Translations under genes and position numbers: made by a program | In this document: piece after piece, positions 10,222 through 20,923 of the stretch | How positions within the stretch are numbered: the first letter of the stretch is position 1 | How the letters are laid out: every line of letters begins with the position of its first letter | Notes under the pieces: generated by a model | Seen by the model: the letters and a program-made list of their open reading frames with translations, nothing else | What the model was told of the DNA's origin: nothing | The model's database searches: none | Origin: an uncultured delta proteobacterium | Lineage (GTDB): Bacteria; Desulfobacterota; Desulfobacteria; Desulfobacterales; B30-G6 | DNA length: 64,000 nt | Reading direction: 5' to 3' | Assembly: GCA_963823335.1 (NCBI GenBank) | Contig: CAWGLD010000001.1 | Location: 1,376,001-1,440,000 of the forward strand

Positions 10222-10803
10222 ATGAAACAGATTCTGTCGGCTGTTTTGATACTGGCGGTGATGGCGGGGACATGCCTGGGGCAGGAGAATGGGGTTTCCA
10301 GTCCCCAGGTGGTCATGGAAACATCAAAAGGGGAGATCGTTCTGGAGCTTTACCCTGACAAGGCGCCCCTGACCGTGAAAAACTTTTTGGATTATGTTGA
10401 TGCGGGGTACTACAATGGTACTGTTTTTCATCGGGTGATCCCAGGCTTTATGCTTCAGGGAGGAGGGTTTTCGCGGGACATGCAGAAAAAACAGGCCTCG
10501 ACGCCCATAAAGAACGAGGCGTACAATGGTTTGAAAAATGATCGTGGCTCCATTGCCATGGCGCGAACGCAGGATCCGCACAGCGCGTCGTCTCAATTCT
10601 TCATCAACACGGTGGACAATGCCTTTCTGAATTTCAAAAGCCAGACAACGGCCGGCTGGGGGTATGCCGTTTTTGGAAAGGTCATCAAAGGCATGGAGGT
10701 GGTGGACACCATTTCCACGGTACAAACCGGTACTCAGGGAAGATTTCGAGATGTTCCAGAAACGCCCGTAGAGATCATCAAGGTGCTAAAAAAAGCTCCT
10801 TGA
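10222..10803 (+). CDS. ppiA: Periplasmic cyclophilin-type peptidyl-prolyl cis-trans isomerase
   Basis: Signal peptide, FHRVIPGFMLQGGG, AMART.DPHSA.SQFFIN and GYAVFGKV motifs. Confidence 0.93.
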   Translation: MKQILSAVLILAVMAGTCLGQENGVSSPQVVMETSKGEIVLELYPDKAPLTVKNFLDYVDAGYYNGTVFHRVIPGFMLQGGGFSRDMQKKQASTPIKNEAYNGLKNDRGSIAMARTQDPHSASSQFFINTVDNAFLNFKSQTTAGWGYAVFGKVIKGMEVVDTISTVQTGTQGRFRDVPETPVEIIKVLKKAP

Positions 10804-11187
10804 TCACGACCTGCTTCAACGAGTCTTTCGGACGACACCGCCGGTATGGTCTCGGCAAAAAATCAGCAGGCCGATGGGGTCCGACCTGAAAACTGTTAGA
10901 AAACTTTAAAACCGAAAACCGTGCTCTCTTCTTAAAAGAGCCTGAACCGCAACAGCGAGCGCAGTCCCCGTAGGTTCTGCCGTTCGGCAGTGCTTGGCAT
11001 GCTGTGAGGTTCTTCAATATTTTGAAAATCAAGTTGGTTTGCTTTACATAAACCGGAAGCATGATTACTACTGTGTGGTATATATGTCCATCGATATAAT
11101 TATTGACTTTAAAATGAAACCAAAAGTTGAAACTTATCAGGGCCTTAAGCGCTGAGACGCGATTCAATTATAACTGGAGGGAATAAA

Positions 11188-11799
11188 GTGAAAAATATTC
11201 TTAAACTCATTGTTGCGGGTATTTTCCTGTTGGTTGGATGTGCAACTTCCGGTCCACCGCCTGTGATGGATACAGGATCTTCCGAACCTGGTGGGTCCGT
11301 GACTCGCAAAGGGAACCCAACTAATTTGCTTGGCAACGCTATTCAATTAGGAAATCCACTTCCTTCTGTCGAGCTGGTGGACAGCAGCAGCATGAAACCA
11401 GTAGATTTGTCCCTGGAAAAAGGAAAAGTCTTGCTACTGAGTATCGTGCCGTCAATCGACACCAAGGTATGCGAAGAACAGACGCACTACCTGGGAGAAG
11501 AGGGAGACCGTCTATCTTCCAATGTTGAGCGGATCACTATAAGCCGAGACACGCCCTTTGCCCACCGTCGATTTTCGGAAGAAGCGAAACTCACTGATAT
11601 TCGATATCTGTCGGACTACAGGGAGGGGCAATTTGGTCTTGCAACCGGTCTGTTGGCAGAGGATGTAAGACTCTTAGCCAGGTCGATCATTATTGTGGAT
11701 CAAGCGGGCATCGTCCGATATATCCAAGTGGTGCCGGAACAAAGCCACTTGCCGGACATGGAGAAAGCCTTCACATTTGCACAGAGCTTAGCGAAATAA
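11188..11799 (+). CDS. tpx: Thiol peroxidase (Tpx-like peroxiredoxin), lipoprotein
   Basis: PSIDTKVC peroxidatic motif, D.PFA..RF and LLAR motifs; lipobox LLVGC; GTG start after GGAGG. Confidence 0.85.
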   Translation: MKNILKLIVAGIFLLVGCATSGPPPVMDTGSSEPGGSVTRKGNPTNLLGNAIQLGNPLPSVELVDSSSMKPVDLSLEKGKVLLLSIVPSIDTKVCEEQTHYLGEEGDRLSSNVERITISRDTPFAHRRFSEEAKLTDIRYLSDYREGQFGLATGLLAEDVRLLARSIIIVDQAGIVRYIQVVPEQSHLPDMEKAFTFAQSLAK

Positions 11800-11965
11800 A
11801 AATAGGTATTTTCAATGGTTGAAGGGGAGATGGTGGGTCGGTCCGACCTAAAAACCGCTGAAAACGACCATTCCTGCGTGCGCATCGCCTAATGCCCTCG
11901 CGAGCGCTCACCGAACCCTCTGGCCCAGGGATTGGCACTTTTTAACATCAACTAATTGATGTTAT

Positions 11966-12013
11966 TGGTCGGGGCGGTAGGATTTGAACGTACGACTTCC
12001 TGCTCCCAAAGCA
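11966..12013 (-). repeat. att site: duplicated 3' part of tRNA-Pro
   Basis: 48-bp copy of 43261-43308 with a single mismatch (gaacG vs gaacC). Confidence 0.95.
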
Positions 12014-12045
12014 ACTACCCCGCATTTTTTATGTAATATTTCCAA

Positions 12046-12483
12046 TTATTTCAGCGCCACTTTGTCGTTCTTGTTGTGTTTTTTGTTGCGGTTTTCGTCC
12101 GGAACTGCAACACGATCCGCAACAAACTTTCCCTCGATTTTCGTCAATGCTTCCTTCTGCTGGCCATCGATGGAGTGTAGATATATTTCCGTGGTTTTAA
12201 GGTTCTTGTGTCTTAACGTTTTCGATATGGTTTTGAGAGATACTTTTTCTTTATCGGCAAGGTATGACGCCATGAAATGACGAAGCGAATGGAAGTTGAA
12301 AACAGGCCCCTCAAATTCTTTTATCGTTTTCAACTCCGGCGCAAAGGCCCTCTTGCAGATCGACCGCATCATTTTGGGTCGTTTGTGATATCGGGTCTTA
12401 TATTTGGGGTTATAAAATACCCAGGTTTGGCTTTTTCGATTATCCCAAAGCCTCTTTAAGACGTCATATAGATCGTCGTTCAT
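12046..12483 (-). pseudogene. Tyrosine recombinase/integrase C-terminal remnant
   Basis: FHSLRH...LRHKNLKTTEIY (HxxR...H...Y catalytic residues); N-terminal domains missing. Confidence 0.85.
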
Positions 12484-12888
12484 ATATATGCTTGCTGGAA
12501 TATAACACTTTCATCTGCTTAGGGCTTTAGCAGCAGGAACATCCTCTTAATTATATCCAATAATGGCATTTTTTATCGTATTGGGAAACCCCAATATATT
12601 GAGGTCATGTGGTTTGTAGAATATCGGGGTGTCACAAAAGACTGTGTTACAAAGTCTTCAATCGGGATGGCTCGCCGTGTTTGATTAAATCTCAACTATT
12701 CGGTACCAAGCGATAATCAAAGGCTTGATTCGAAAATCTAAATCCAAAACCTTTCAACTTTGAAACTATCATTAGAACATTATCGACTGTATTCTGCTTT
12801 AGCAGGTAGCTGCTACCCAAAATGGCATTTCTGCTTGACCTGCGGAAACTGTTTGGGGTGAATGGTGTCTGCCGATCCGGCGGCGGCT

Positions 12889-14232
12889 TTAAGAATCGAG
12901 GTATTTACGGCCGAGCATGGCGGCCCCGCTCATGGAGGATTGTTCGGTGAAAATGTAGTCGGACCTGTGCATCCATTTCCTCTTGGCCCTGACAATAGCA
13001 TTATTGACCGCACCGCCGGTGAGGTGAATTGTCTTTTCAAGCAAGATTTTTTTTTCGATTTCTTTCAGGTGGGTCTGCTGGTATCTACACAACCCGCGGA
13101 CCATGGCTGCCAGGAGTTCCTCTCGGGTCGTTTCAATTGTCAGTCCCTGAAACTGGGCGGTGAGTGGTTCCTGGGAATAACGGGACCCTAGCAGGTAGGG
13201 AATGTAGGTAACCCCGCTATTCCGCCCGATCCATTTCTCGATTGATTGGGGCACGAATTCGGAGTAGAATGCTGCTTCGGACATTTCAGGTAGAAACAGG
13301 TTCTTAAACCATTCGAAGGCCTTACCGCCGGCATTCATGACATACAGGGTCAGCCAGCGGCCCGGAATGACATGGGCACGAATATTGTAATTAGATGACG
13401 CAAGGCATTCCGGCAGGCAAACCAGGGTGATTTCACAGGTGCCGTTCACGTTGATGATTTCTCCGGTGTTTTCGACGCCCATAGAATATGCCGCTAGAAC
13501 AGCGTCGTTGCCACCGATCACCACTGCCGGCTCTTTTTTGAACCCTAGAGACCGGGCCAGCGATGGCAGCATCCGACCAGGGCTTTTATGGGCTGGCATG
13601 AGCTCGGGTAATCGGGATACGTCAATTCCAAAGGTATCCGCAATTTCGGTGTTCCACGAATACTCGTACTCAGCTGTGTTGTAAAGCCCGGTCAACGATG
13701 CCGATGAGGGATCCATAGCGGCATGGCCGGTGAGCCATCGGGCCATAAACGAGTTGGAGTGACCGAAGATGCGCGCTTTTTCGAACACTGAAGGCATATT
13801 ATCCTTAATCCACAGGATTCCGGCCAGCGAGCAGCCGCCGGCTACCGGAATGTTGCCAGTTTTTTCCAGCAGGACATCCCATCCAACGATTTCGATGATC
13901 CGCCGGGCCTGCTTTCGGGAGCGCTGATCAAGCATCAATATGGCGGAACAAAGTGCGTCACCCGCCGCATCCATGGCAGTCAGACCAGGGGTGGTGCCTG
14001 ACAGGGCGATTGCATCCACATCGGCCAGATGAGGCCCAAGATACCGACATCCGTCCGTGAATGCCTGCTGCCACTTATCCGGTTCGATATCACCGAACAA
14101 ACCCCCGTTGTAAACATTGATCTCATATTCAACTGAGAATGACCGCAGCAGAATGAGTTCACCTTCACGGTCGTAAAACACGCCCATCTTCAGTCCGGTA
14201 GTTCCGATGTCCACCCCGAGTACATGCAACAT
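12889..14232 (-). CDS. FGGY-family carbohydrate kinase
   Basis: LGVDIGTTGLK, DQRS, GGND, GTCE, YIPYLLGSR and TGGA motifs. Confidence 0.88.
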   Translation of the reverse strand: MLHVLGVDIGTTGLKMGVFYDREGELILLRSFSVEYEINVYNGGLFGDIEPDKWQQAFTDGCRYLGPHLADVDAIALSGTTPGLTAMDAAGDALCSAILMLDQRSRKQARRIIEIVGWDVLLEKTGNIPVAGGCSLAGILWIKDNMPSVFEKARIFGHSNSFMARWLTGHAAMDPSSASLTGLYNTAEYEYSWNTEIADTFGIDVSRLPELMPAHKSPGRMLPSLARSLGFKKEPAVVIGGNDAVLAAYSMGVENTGEIINVNGTCEITLVCLPECLASSNYNIRAHVIPGRWLTLYVMNAGGKAFEWFKNLFLPEMSEAAFYSEFVPQSIEKWIGRNSGVTYIPYLLGSRYSQEPLTAQFQGLTIETTREELLAAMVRGLCRYQQTHLKEIEKKILLEKTIHLTGGAVNNAIVRAKRKWMHRSDYIFTEQSSMSGAAMLGRKYLDS

Positions 14233-14681
14233 GTTTTCCTTTCTGGAAATCCCTGTCCGAGTAAATCCTAACTGTATAGCACAGATAATTATGAGGCATC
14301 CGACTTATGTATTCTGCATACCAAATTCTACGCCACCCCTCACATGTCCAGAGAACAACTATTCTCAGGAGACCAGCTTTGGTCTTATTGCCTTGTTCCG
14401 ATAAATGTCTCGTTCCAATTACAAAAGTTGCCTCCATTGTTAGTACCATTGACCTCGTCGCTTCCAGTTAGGCTGCTTAAGGAGGTTAATGAGAAAGATC
14501 CGCTGATATTAACAGTATAGTCATCATTTTCTTCAATCCATGAACCAGAAAAATTATATGCTCCACCGCTTATGGTTCCATTTATAAGTTCATAGACATT
14601 CCCATCTTCATCAACCCAATCCCAGGTTCCAAGTATATCACCTGCTGTGCCACTGTCTCTCGCCCATGTTAAATCGTCGTC

Positions 14682-14980
14682 TAGGCACGCGCTATCATCA
14701 GCGCCTTCATCACCGCCTCAGTGCCGGAGTTAACAAAGCGCACCTGCTCTGCAGAAGGAACCAAATCATGAATTTTTTTTGCAACATCCAAGCTGAGCGC
14801 GGTCTTCATACTTGAGGTTATGCCATGCTTTAAAGACCAGGCAACAGCTTTCTCCACATCCTACAGTCGAGCTACCTGGGCCTTTTCGAAATAAATCGGT
14901 CGGCGAAAATTTGAGTGAACCCCTTCTGGGACAATGCCTTTATACTTTTCAAACAGCTCCTGGGATTTTTTTGTGTCCAT
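14682..14980 (-). pseudogene. Decayed class III aminotransferase (glutamate-1-semialdehyde aminomutase-like)
   Basis: Manual translation: MDTKKSQELFEK / PEGVHSNFRRPIYFEKAQVARL*DV / [34 protein letters not shown]. It shows a frameshift, a stop codon, an internal deletion and 3' truncation; SD GGAGGTG. Confidence 0.8.
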
Positions 14981-15012
14981 GTCTTTTTTTCACCTCCTGT
15001 AGGCAAACGTTT

Positions 15013-15783
15013 TTAAATCATTACCGAAAAACCCCCATCGACAGGTATAGTGGTTCCGGTTACAAAATTCGATGCCATGCCCGATAAAAAAATGGCCAAG
15101 CCGGCAAGGTCTTCGGTCTCTCCCCACCGACCGACGGGTGTTCGTCCAATCACACGTTCATCTAAACCTTCCATATCTGCCTTGGCCTGAATAGTAAGTT
15201 CTGTATTTATCCAACCGGGAAGTATGGCATTCACCTGAATATTGTCAGGTCCCCACGCAACGGCAAGGCTTTTCGTTAATTGAACAATTCCCCCTTTGCT
15301 TGCAGCATAAGGTGCCAGCTTTGCACCACCGAATATGGAAGTCATGGATCCGATATTAATAATTTTGCCACCGCCCGCTTTCTTCATATGTGGATAGACA
15401 CTCTTGGCACACAAAAAAGACCCCCTCAAATTTATATCCAGCATTTGGTCCCATTCATGCAGAGTGTATTCCTCTGGATACTTGCGTATGTTGATGCCTG
15501 CGTTATTCACGAGGATATCTATTTGACCGAATTCTTCGAAAATATGATTTATCCCTTCCGCAATTTGATCTTCCTCGAGTATATCGGCCCTTATTCCACT
15601 CACTGCCGATTCTGACTTTCCACGAATTTCATTTACAGCACAATCGATATCAATCTGATTTCTGGCAATTAAAACCACATTCGCTCCGGCGTTTGCCAAA
15701 CCAGTAGCAATTGCCTTTCCGATGCCCTTGCTGCCGCCCGTTACAATGGCCACTTTATTGTCCAAGCCAAACAGATTTTCCAT
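15013..15783 (-). CDS. SDR-family oxidoreductase (KduD/gluconate 5-dehydrogenase-like)
   Basis: TGGSKGIG, NNAG, YAASK and VDGG motifs. Confidence 0.92.
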   Translation of the reverse strand: MENLFGLDNKVAIVTGGSKGIGKAIATGLANAGANVVLIARNQIDIDCAVNEIRGKSESAVSGIRADILEEDQIAEGINHIFEEFGQIDILVNNAGINIRKYPEEYTLHEWDQMLDINLRGSFLCAKSVYPHMKKAGGGKIINIGSMTSIFGGAKLAPYAASKGGIVQLTKSLAVAWGPDNIQVNAILPGWINTELTIQAKADMEGLDERVIGRTPVGRWGETEDLAGLAIFLSGMASNFVTGTTIPVDGGFSVMI

Positions 15784-16121
15784 CTTTCCAGTACCTCCCC
15801 AAAGTATGCGTTAACGTTTATTCCTCTCATGAAATCCTATTGATATCTGCCCTACCATAAATTCGATTATAAATCCATCAGCCATATGCCAAGTGCATAG
15901 TAGTAAAATAGTAACAGTATCCCATTTCATACCACCCCCTACCTCGCCATCCTATCCATGCCTTCGGTTCTGTATCAGCCACCACCAGTACCCAACACCC
16001 CACTCATGCAAACCACCAGTGCGCTACTCGGAATCAAATCCTGGACATCCTGTTTCTTCAGCATGCTGTTTTGTTTTTGGGTATGCTCTACAATGATAAG
16101 GAACAAGCGCCATTATTTTGA

Positions 16122-17348
16122 TTAATCAACAATCTTTCTGGGTTCTCGGTAAAAGATGGCACATAAGGTAGCAGTTAAGCCACCGATCCCAAGGACCATG
16201 AATGCCCAACTCCAGATTTCAGGTGAGGTGCCAGCTAGGTTTGTCAGATCAAGCATTGCACCGAACATGATTGGAGCAATACCTCCAGCTCCAAAACCAA
16301 GTAGAGCCCGGGCGGCGAGGATGGATCCGAGGTATCCCGGTTCCACAGTCTCGGTCAGTGCGGCAGACAGTACAGGGGAATCGCCAATTGCAAAAAAATA
16401 ATAAACAAACCCAATAAGCACCAAGAGCACAATGGGCCACGCGATTAACCAACCGATCACCAGCGAGATACAGGCACCGATTGCCGCAACCTGGATCAGA
16501 ACGACTCGCCTGCCCCGCCTATCCGCCAAGCGACCCATTGATACCGAGGCCAGTGCTCCAATGAGATGCATGGAAGCCACAAGATACGCACCGAACTGAG
16601 CTGTTTCACCGAAGCCATTTCCGGAAATGGCTATGCTTGCAGCAAAGAAAGCCGGTGTCCACGACCACATGCCCAGCAATTCCCAGCAATGGAAAGAGTA
16701 ACCAGCGATTAGTAGGCCAGCATTACGATTGCGCTGCAAAATTGTGGTTATGCGAAGGCGCTCGTCACGTGGATGGATGTTATTGGGGGTTGTTCTCAAT
16801 GCGCAATACAACAGGATTAGCCCGACTACGGGTAGACATCCGGTCACAATGAAAGCAATGCGATATCCTCCCCAAGTAAGGCACAGCCCTGACACTGCCA
16901 GTGAAAACGCGTATCCAACGGAAGTGCTCGCAATCAGATACCCTACCGCGGTACCACGTCTTGAGGAGTCATAGCGATCCGAGAACAGCATGATCGCTGG
17001 CGTATATAGGCCGCCTTGTGTAGTTGCCGCAAGACCATACAGTAATAGACCTGAGAGATAGGAATGTGCAAAAAAGCCAAACACCAAAGCCGATAATGCG
17101 CTCAGAACTGCAGAGAGAATAAATAATCGCTTCGCCCCAAAATGATCGGAGAGCCACGCAAACACGAACAGGGATGCGGCATATCCAACCATGAAAGCTG
17201 ATGAGATACTACCGGCCTGAGTGGCCGTCATATCCCATTCGTTGAGAAGGATCGGTAAACAGGCAGCGTATACCATGAAGTTCGCGTACATTGCTATGCG
17301 CGCAAAAAAAATCAAAACCAGCCATCTATCGAATCGAGTCGTTGTCAT
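16122..17348 (-). CDS. MFS transporter
   Basis: About 12 hydrophobic segments and motif A (WLSDHFGAK; GRLADRRGRR). Confidence 0.9.
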   Translation of the reverse strand: MTTTRFDRWLVLIFFARIAMYANFMVYAACLPILLNEWDMTATQAGSISSAFMVGYAASLFVFAWLSDHFGAKRLFILSAVLSALSALVFGFFAHSYLSGLLLYGLAATTQGGLYTPAIMLFSDRYDSSRRGTAVGYLIASTSVGYAFSLAVSGLCLTWGGYRIAFIVTGCLPVVGLILLYCALRTTPNNIHPRDERLRITTILQRNRNAGLLIAGYSFHCWELLGMWSWTPAFFAASIAISGNGFGETAQFGAYLVASMHLIGALASVSMGRLADRRGRRVVLIQVAAIGACISLVIGWLIAWPIVLLVLIGFVYYFFAIGDSPVLSAALTETVEPGYLGSILAARALLGFGAGGIAPIMFGAMLDLTNLAGTSPEIWSWAFMVLGIGGLTATLCAIFYREPRKIVD

Positions 17349-17402
17349 TTGGAGGTAAATTGTATCTATTGCTAGATTTTCTGGGAGTGTGGTTTTTATA
17401 TA

Positions 17403-18833
17403 TTATAACCACCCCAACAGGTTCCACCATAAATAATTTAGTGGCAACAACAACAGGGTAGAAATTATGGCTAAATAGAAACACACTTTTAATGCTTCTG
17501 TTAATTTTACCTGTGATATCTGCATACCAATGAGTATTGGAGGGGCTTGGTAAGGGAATATTGGGTTTGAAAACCCAAGTACTTGCGTCATAAAAACCGA
17601 TTCTACTGGAAAACCTGAAGTTTGAGATAACTCATTTGATAGTGGAGTAAGTAAGGCTGGTACGCCCGGCAAGGTGGTGATAACGCCTGTAAGCATTGAA
17701 GATAGACTCAGAGATAGATAGTTTGTAAATGGCGTATCTATATTTAATGGTAAATATGAGATCAGGTATGTTGCTGCTATGCTTCCCAATCCAGAATAAT
17801 TTATCATGCTGCCCAAACCCAATATCCCAGCAATAAAAAATAAGGTCCCATAATTGATTTTTTCAGTAAATTGTTGTTTGCTGACGATTTCTATCTTTGG
17901 AAGCAATAAAAAAACCGCCCCGGCCAATGCAATCCATGCAGGTGAAATATGGTGAATAAAGTCAGTTGCCCATAAAACGATAAGTATTATTAAAACAACG
18001 GACAATACGGTTTCCTTTTCAGACATAACATCTGAGTATTCCAGGGACCGACTTTTATCCATGATCGGCTTATCAGGATACAACCATAATATTAATGCTG
18101 TAATAATTATTGCCTTTAATAATCCGAGAATCGGAAAGTGCAGAAGCAAATATTCACCATACAGAGGAGAGTACTGATACAATGATTCTGCCATGCCAAC
18201 CAATACCATATTTGGAACATTGGCAGGTAGTATCGAAAAAGCCGGAATAAATGAACCCAAAACGATAGCTAAAATTACACCGACAAATCCATTTGAGCCG
18301 TTTTTAAACCCAAAGTGATGTGATATTGAAACGGCGATAGGTACTAACAAGACTACACGCCCCGTCGCGGAGGGCATCAAGAACGCAAATGCTAATCCGA
18401 TAAAGACTAGACCACCAATCAACTTCACGTAACTGCCATTAAGATGCACAGCCACCTTCCTGGCAACCCGTGTTCCAAGTCCTGTTCCATTGATACCAAT
18501 ACCAATAACCAGTCCAGCAAAGACAAGCCAAAAAGCGGGGGAATGAAATCCTGAAAATGCAATTTTTGCGGGTGCTATCGAGAACAGCATGGCTACAACA
18601 AAAAACAGGAGGGCAGTTAGATACTCTGGAATAATGCCCGTCACCCAAAAGGTTATAACGATAACCACCAACGCCGCCACGGTTCTTTCTGAGGAAGAAA
18701 GAATTGTAGATGGTGAAATAATTATAATTGTTCCAATTATAATTGATACCGACGATAGAATTATAAGTGCTTTGGATTTGCCTGGAATCACCCGCCCACC
18801 TCTCTTTAAAGCAATTGGTTCTTCAGATATCAT
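17403..18833 (-). CDS. SLC13/DASS-family anion (di/tricarboxylate or sulfate) permease
   Basis: Multi-TM protein with FSGF.S..FWLVF.G, MPSATGR, PANVPN and PYQAPP motifs; start codon uncertain. Confidence 0.85.
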   Translation of the reverse strand: MISEEPIALKRGGRVIPGKSKALIILSSVSIIIGTIIIISPSTILSSSERTVAALVVIVITFWVTGIIPEYLTALLFFVVAMLFSIAPAKIAFSGFHSPAFWLVFAGLVIGIGINGTGLGTRVARKVAVHLNGSYVKLIGGLVFIGLAFAFLMPSATGRVVLLVPIAVSISHHFGFKNGSNGFVGVILAIVLGSFIPAFSILPANVPNMVLVGMAESLYQYSPLYGEYLLLHFPILGLLKAIIITALILWLYPDKPIMDKSRSLEYSDVMSEKETVLSVVLIILIVLWATDFIHHISPAWIALAGAVFLLLPKIEIVSKQQFTEKINYGTLFFIAGILGLGSMINYSGLGSIAATYLISYLPLNIDTPFTNYLSLSLSSMLTGVITTLPGVPALLTPLSNELSQTSGFPVESVFMTQVLGFSNPIFPYQAPPILIGMQISQVKLTEALKVCFYLAIISTLLLLPLNYLWWNLLGWL

Positions 18834-19497
18834 CTCGCTCAAATTACTCCGTTTTCCGAGTATGTATGCATTAGAAATCTGTCTTATAGCTGATAGAGGT
18901 ATCCCATTTCTCACAAAAATGCAAAAAGAGCAAATCCCAAGGCATTGGAATCGCCTCTTCCAATAAGAAGCCAACGATGAATCATCCTTACCGCGAACTT
19001 ATCACTTTATGCATTATGCCAAGAATCTGTTATCACAATGTATTTAATCCATTATTACAGAACCTTTAATGCGAATAGATCTCCTTGAGAAATCAAGTCA
19101 TTAGATTGTGCCAAGGCTCATATGAGGTAGTTTTCTTTGTTAATCATTCTAAAATATCTTTTCAATTTTGTTTTTCCCGACCATAGCCAAGACCGGTATC
19201 CGCTATTCCTTGATGGACTGGGCTGCCTGAGTGTAAAATTCCGCTGACAATATAAAAAATCCATTCAAATAAAATTTATTGACAGCAAAGAACAAGTTCG
19301 CATATAGAGTTAAGTGGAAATAAACAGCGAACCTGGGTTGCCGGGTCGGCAGCAAGCGTCAATTGATTGACCCACCTTTCGGGCTCACATCATAGCCAGC
19401 ATTAAGAATTGGTATTCGATCATCTCGGTTCTATTATCCTGGAATCACATCCTGTTTTATCAATAAATACAAACCAAACTTATTGGAGGGAATAAAA

Positions 19498-20739
19498 ATG
19501 AAAAATCGTCCTGAAATCGACTCGGCGCATCCCTGGAAAACGGATAACTGGTACGTCAGCCACTGGAACTACCTGGAAGAAGTCACCAAGGATTTTACCC
19601 CGCCCCCCCAGGTGAAAGTGCATGATATTACCTTGCGGGATGGAGAGCAGCAGGCCGGGGTGATCTTTTCCAAAGACGACAAGATACGCATTGCCGAAAA
19701 ACTGGCCGAGGTAGGTATCCACCGGATTGAAGCCGGGATGCCGGCCGTATCCCCCAATGACGAAGCAGCGCTCAGAGAGATCGTGAAACGGAATCTGGGT
19801 TCGGAAATTTTCTGCTTTGCCCGTTGTATGGTGCCGGATGTCGAACTGGCCGCCGATTGTGGGGTGGATGGCATTGTGATCGAAATTCCCTCGAGCAAAC
19901 ACCTCATCGAGAAGGGGTATCGGTGGCCCTTGGAAAAAGCCATCGAACTTTCCATAACAGCCACCTCGGCCGCTAAAAGAGCGGGGCTCAAAACTGTATT
20001 TTTCACCATCGATGCCACGCGGTCCGATATGGACTGGCTGCTGGACCTGGTGGATCGTGTTGCGGTTGAGGGCCATATGGATGCGTTCACCCTTGTGGAC
20101 ACTTTTGGTGTACTGTCTCCCCAGGCGGCGACCTATTTTGCAAAAAAAGTAAAAGAACGCATATCCAAACCCATCGAAGTTCACTTTCACCCTGATTTTG
20201 GTATGGGTGTTGCCAATACGATCAACGCTGTTCTTGCCGGAGCGGAGGTCATTCACACCACGGTCCTCGGCATCGGGGAGCGGGCCGGCAACACACCCAT
20301 GGAAGAAACCGTCCTGGCGCTGCTGACCATGTACGGCATCGACGTGGGTATCGATTTCAGCAAACTCAATGAACTGGCGGCCCTGGTTCAGGAATTGTCC
20401 GGTTTTCAGGTGCCCCCCAACCGGCCTTTTATCGGTAAAAACGCCTATAATATTGAATCCGGAATCGTCACCGGCTGGTACAAGAATGTCTTTGAATTCG
20501 ACCCCACCATCGTGTTTCCCGTACATCCCGACTTTGTGGGGCATGACGCACCCAACATCCTGATGGGAAAAAAGAGCGGGATTGACAATATCGAGCTGTG
20601 GACGAAAAAACTGGGTGTCGAGCTTGCTCGGCATGAGGCCATGGCGGTATTGAAGGTGGTAAAGCAACAATCACACGACCTGAAACGTGTTCTCAGTGAA
20701 GATGAATTTGTCAAGATCATCCGGGACATAAAAGCGTAA
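19498..20739 (+). CDS. DRE-TIM metallolyase (homocitrate/isopropylmalate synthase-like, no regulatory domain)
   Basis: DITLRDGEQ, HFHPDFG and GIGERAGN motifs; SD GGAGG. Confidence 0.87.
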   Translation: MKNRPEIDSAHPWKTDNWYVSHWNYLEEVTKDFTPPPQVKVHDITLRDGEQQAGVIFSKDDKIRIAEKLAEVGIHRIEAGMPAVSPNDEAALREIVKRNLGSEIFCFARCMVPDVELAADCGVDGIVIEIPSSKHLIEKGYRWPLEKAIELSITATSAAKRAGLKTVFFTIDATRSDMDWLLDLVDRVAVEGHMDAFTLVDTFGVLSPQAATYFAKKVKERISKPIEVHFHPDFGMGVANTINAVLAGAEVIHTTVLGIGERAGNTPMEETVLALLTMYGIDVGIDFSKLNELAALVQELSGFQVPPNRPFIGKNAYNIESGIVTGWYKNVFEFDPTIVFPVHPDFVGHDAPNILMGKKSGIDNIELWTKKLGVELARHEAMAVLKVVKQQSHDLKRVLSEDEFVKIIRDIKA

Positions 20740-20923
20740 GGGGCGGGGTTGAAGAACCTCACAGCCCCGGTGAACCGAGATCCTCTGCAAGCCAATGGCT
20801 GGTGTCCGATGCTGCGGTTCAGCCTGAGGCGTTATCGATTGGTGGTTCTGGGCAATTTTGCCCATTGGTACAGAAGAGGAACAGTGCCCATAAAAGCCCA
20901 ACTTAAAAACGAATGGTTTTACA

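Noticed and set aside
10778-11167. 129-aa minus-strand ORF between ppiA and tpx
   Set aside because: It has no SD or motifs and spans the probable tpx promoter region.
19320-19400. GC-rich leader upstream of the DRE-TIM gene as a riboswitch
   Set aside because: No known aptamer consensus was recognisable by eye; it would need an Rfam/Infernal search.
19480-20670. 396-aa minus-strand ORF
   Set aside because: It is an antisense shadow of the DRE-TIM gene with no recognisable motifs.
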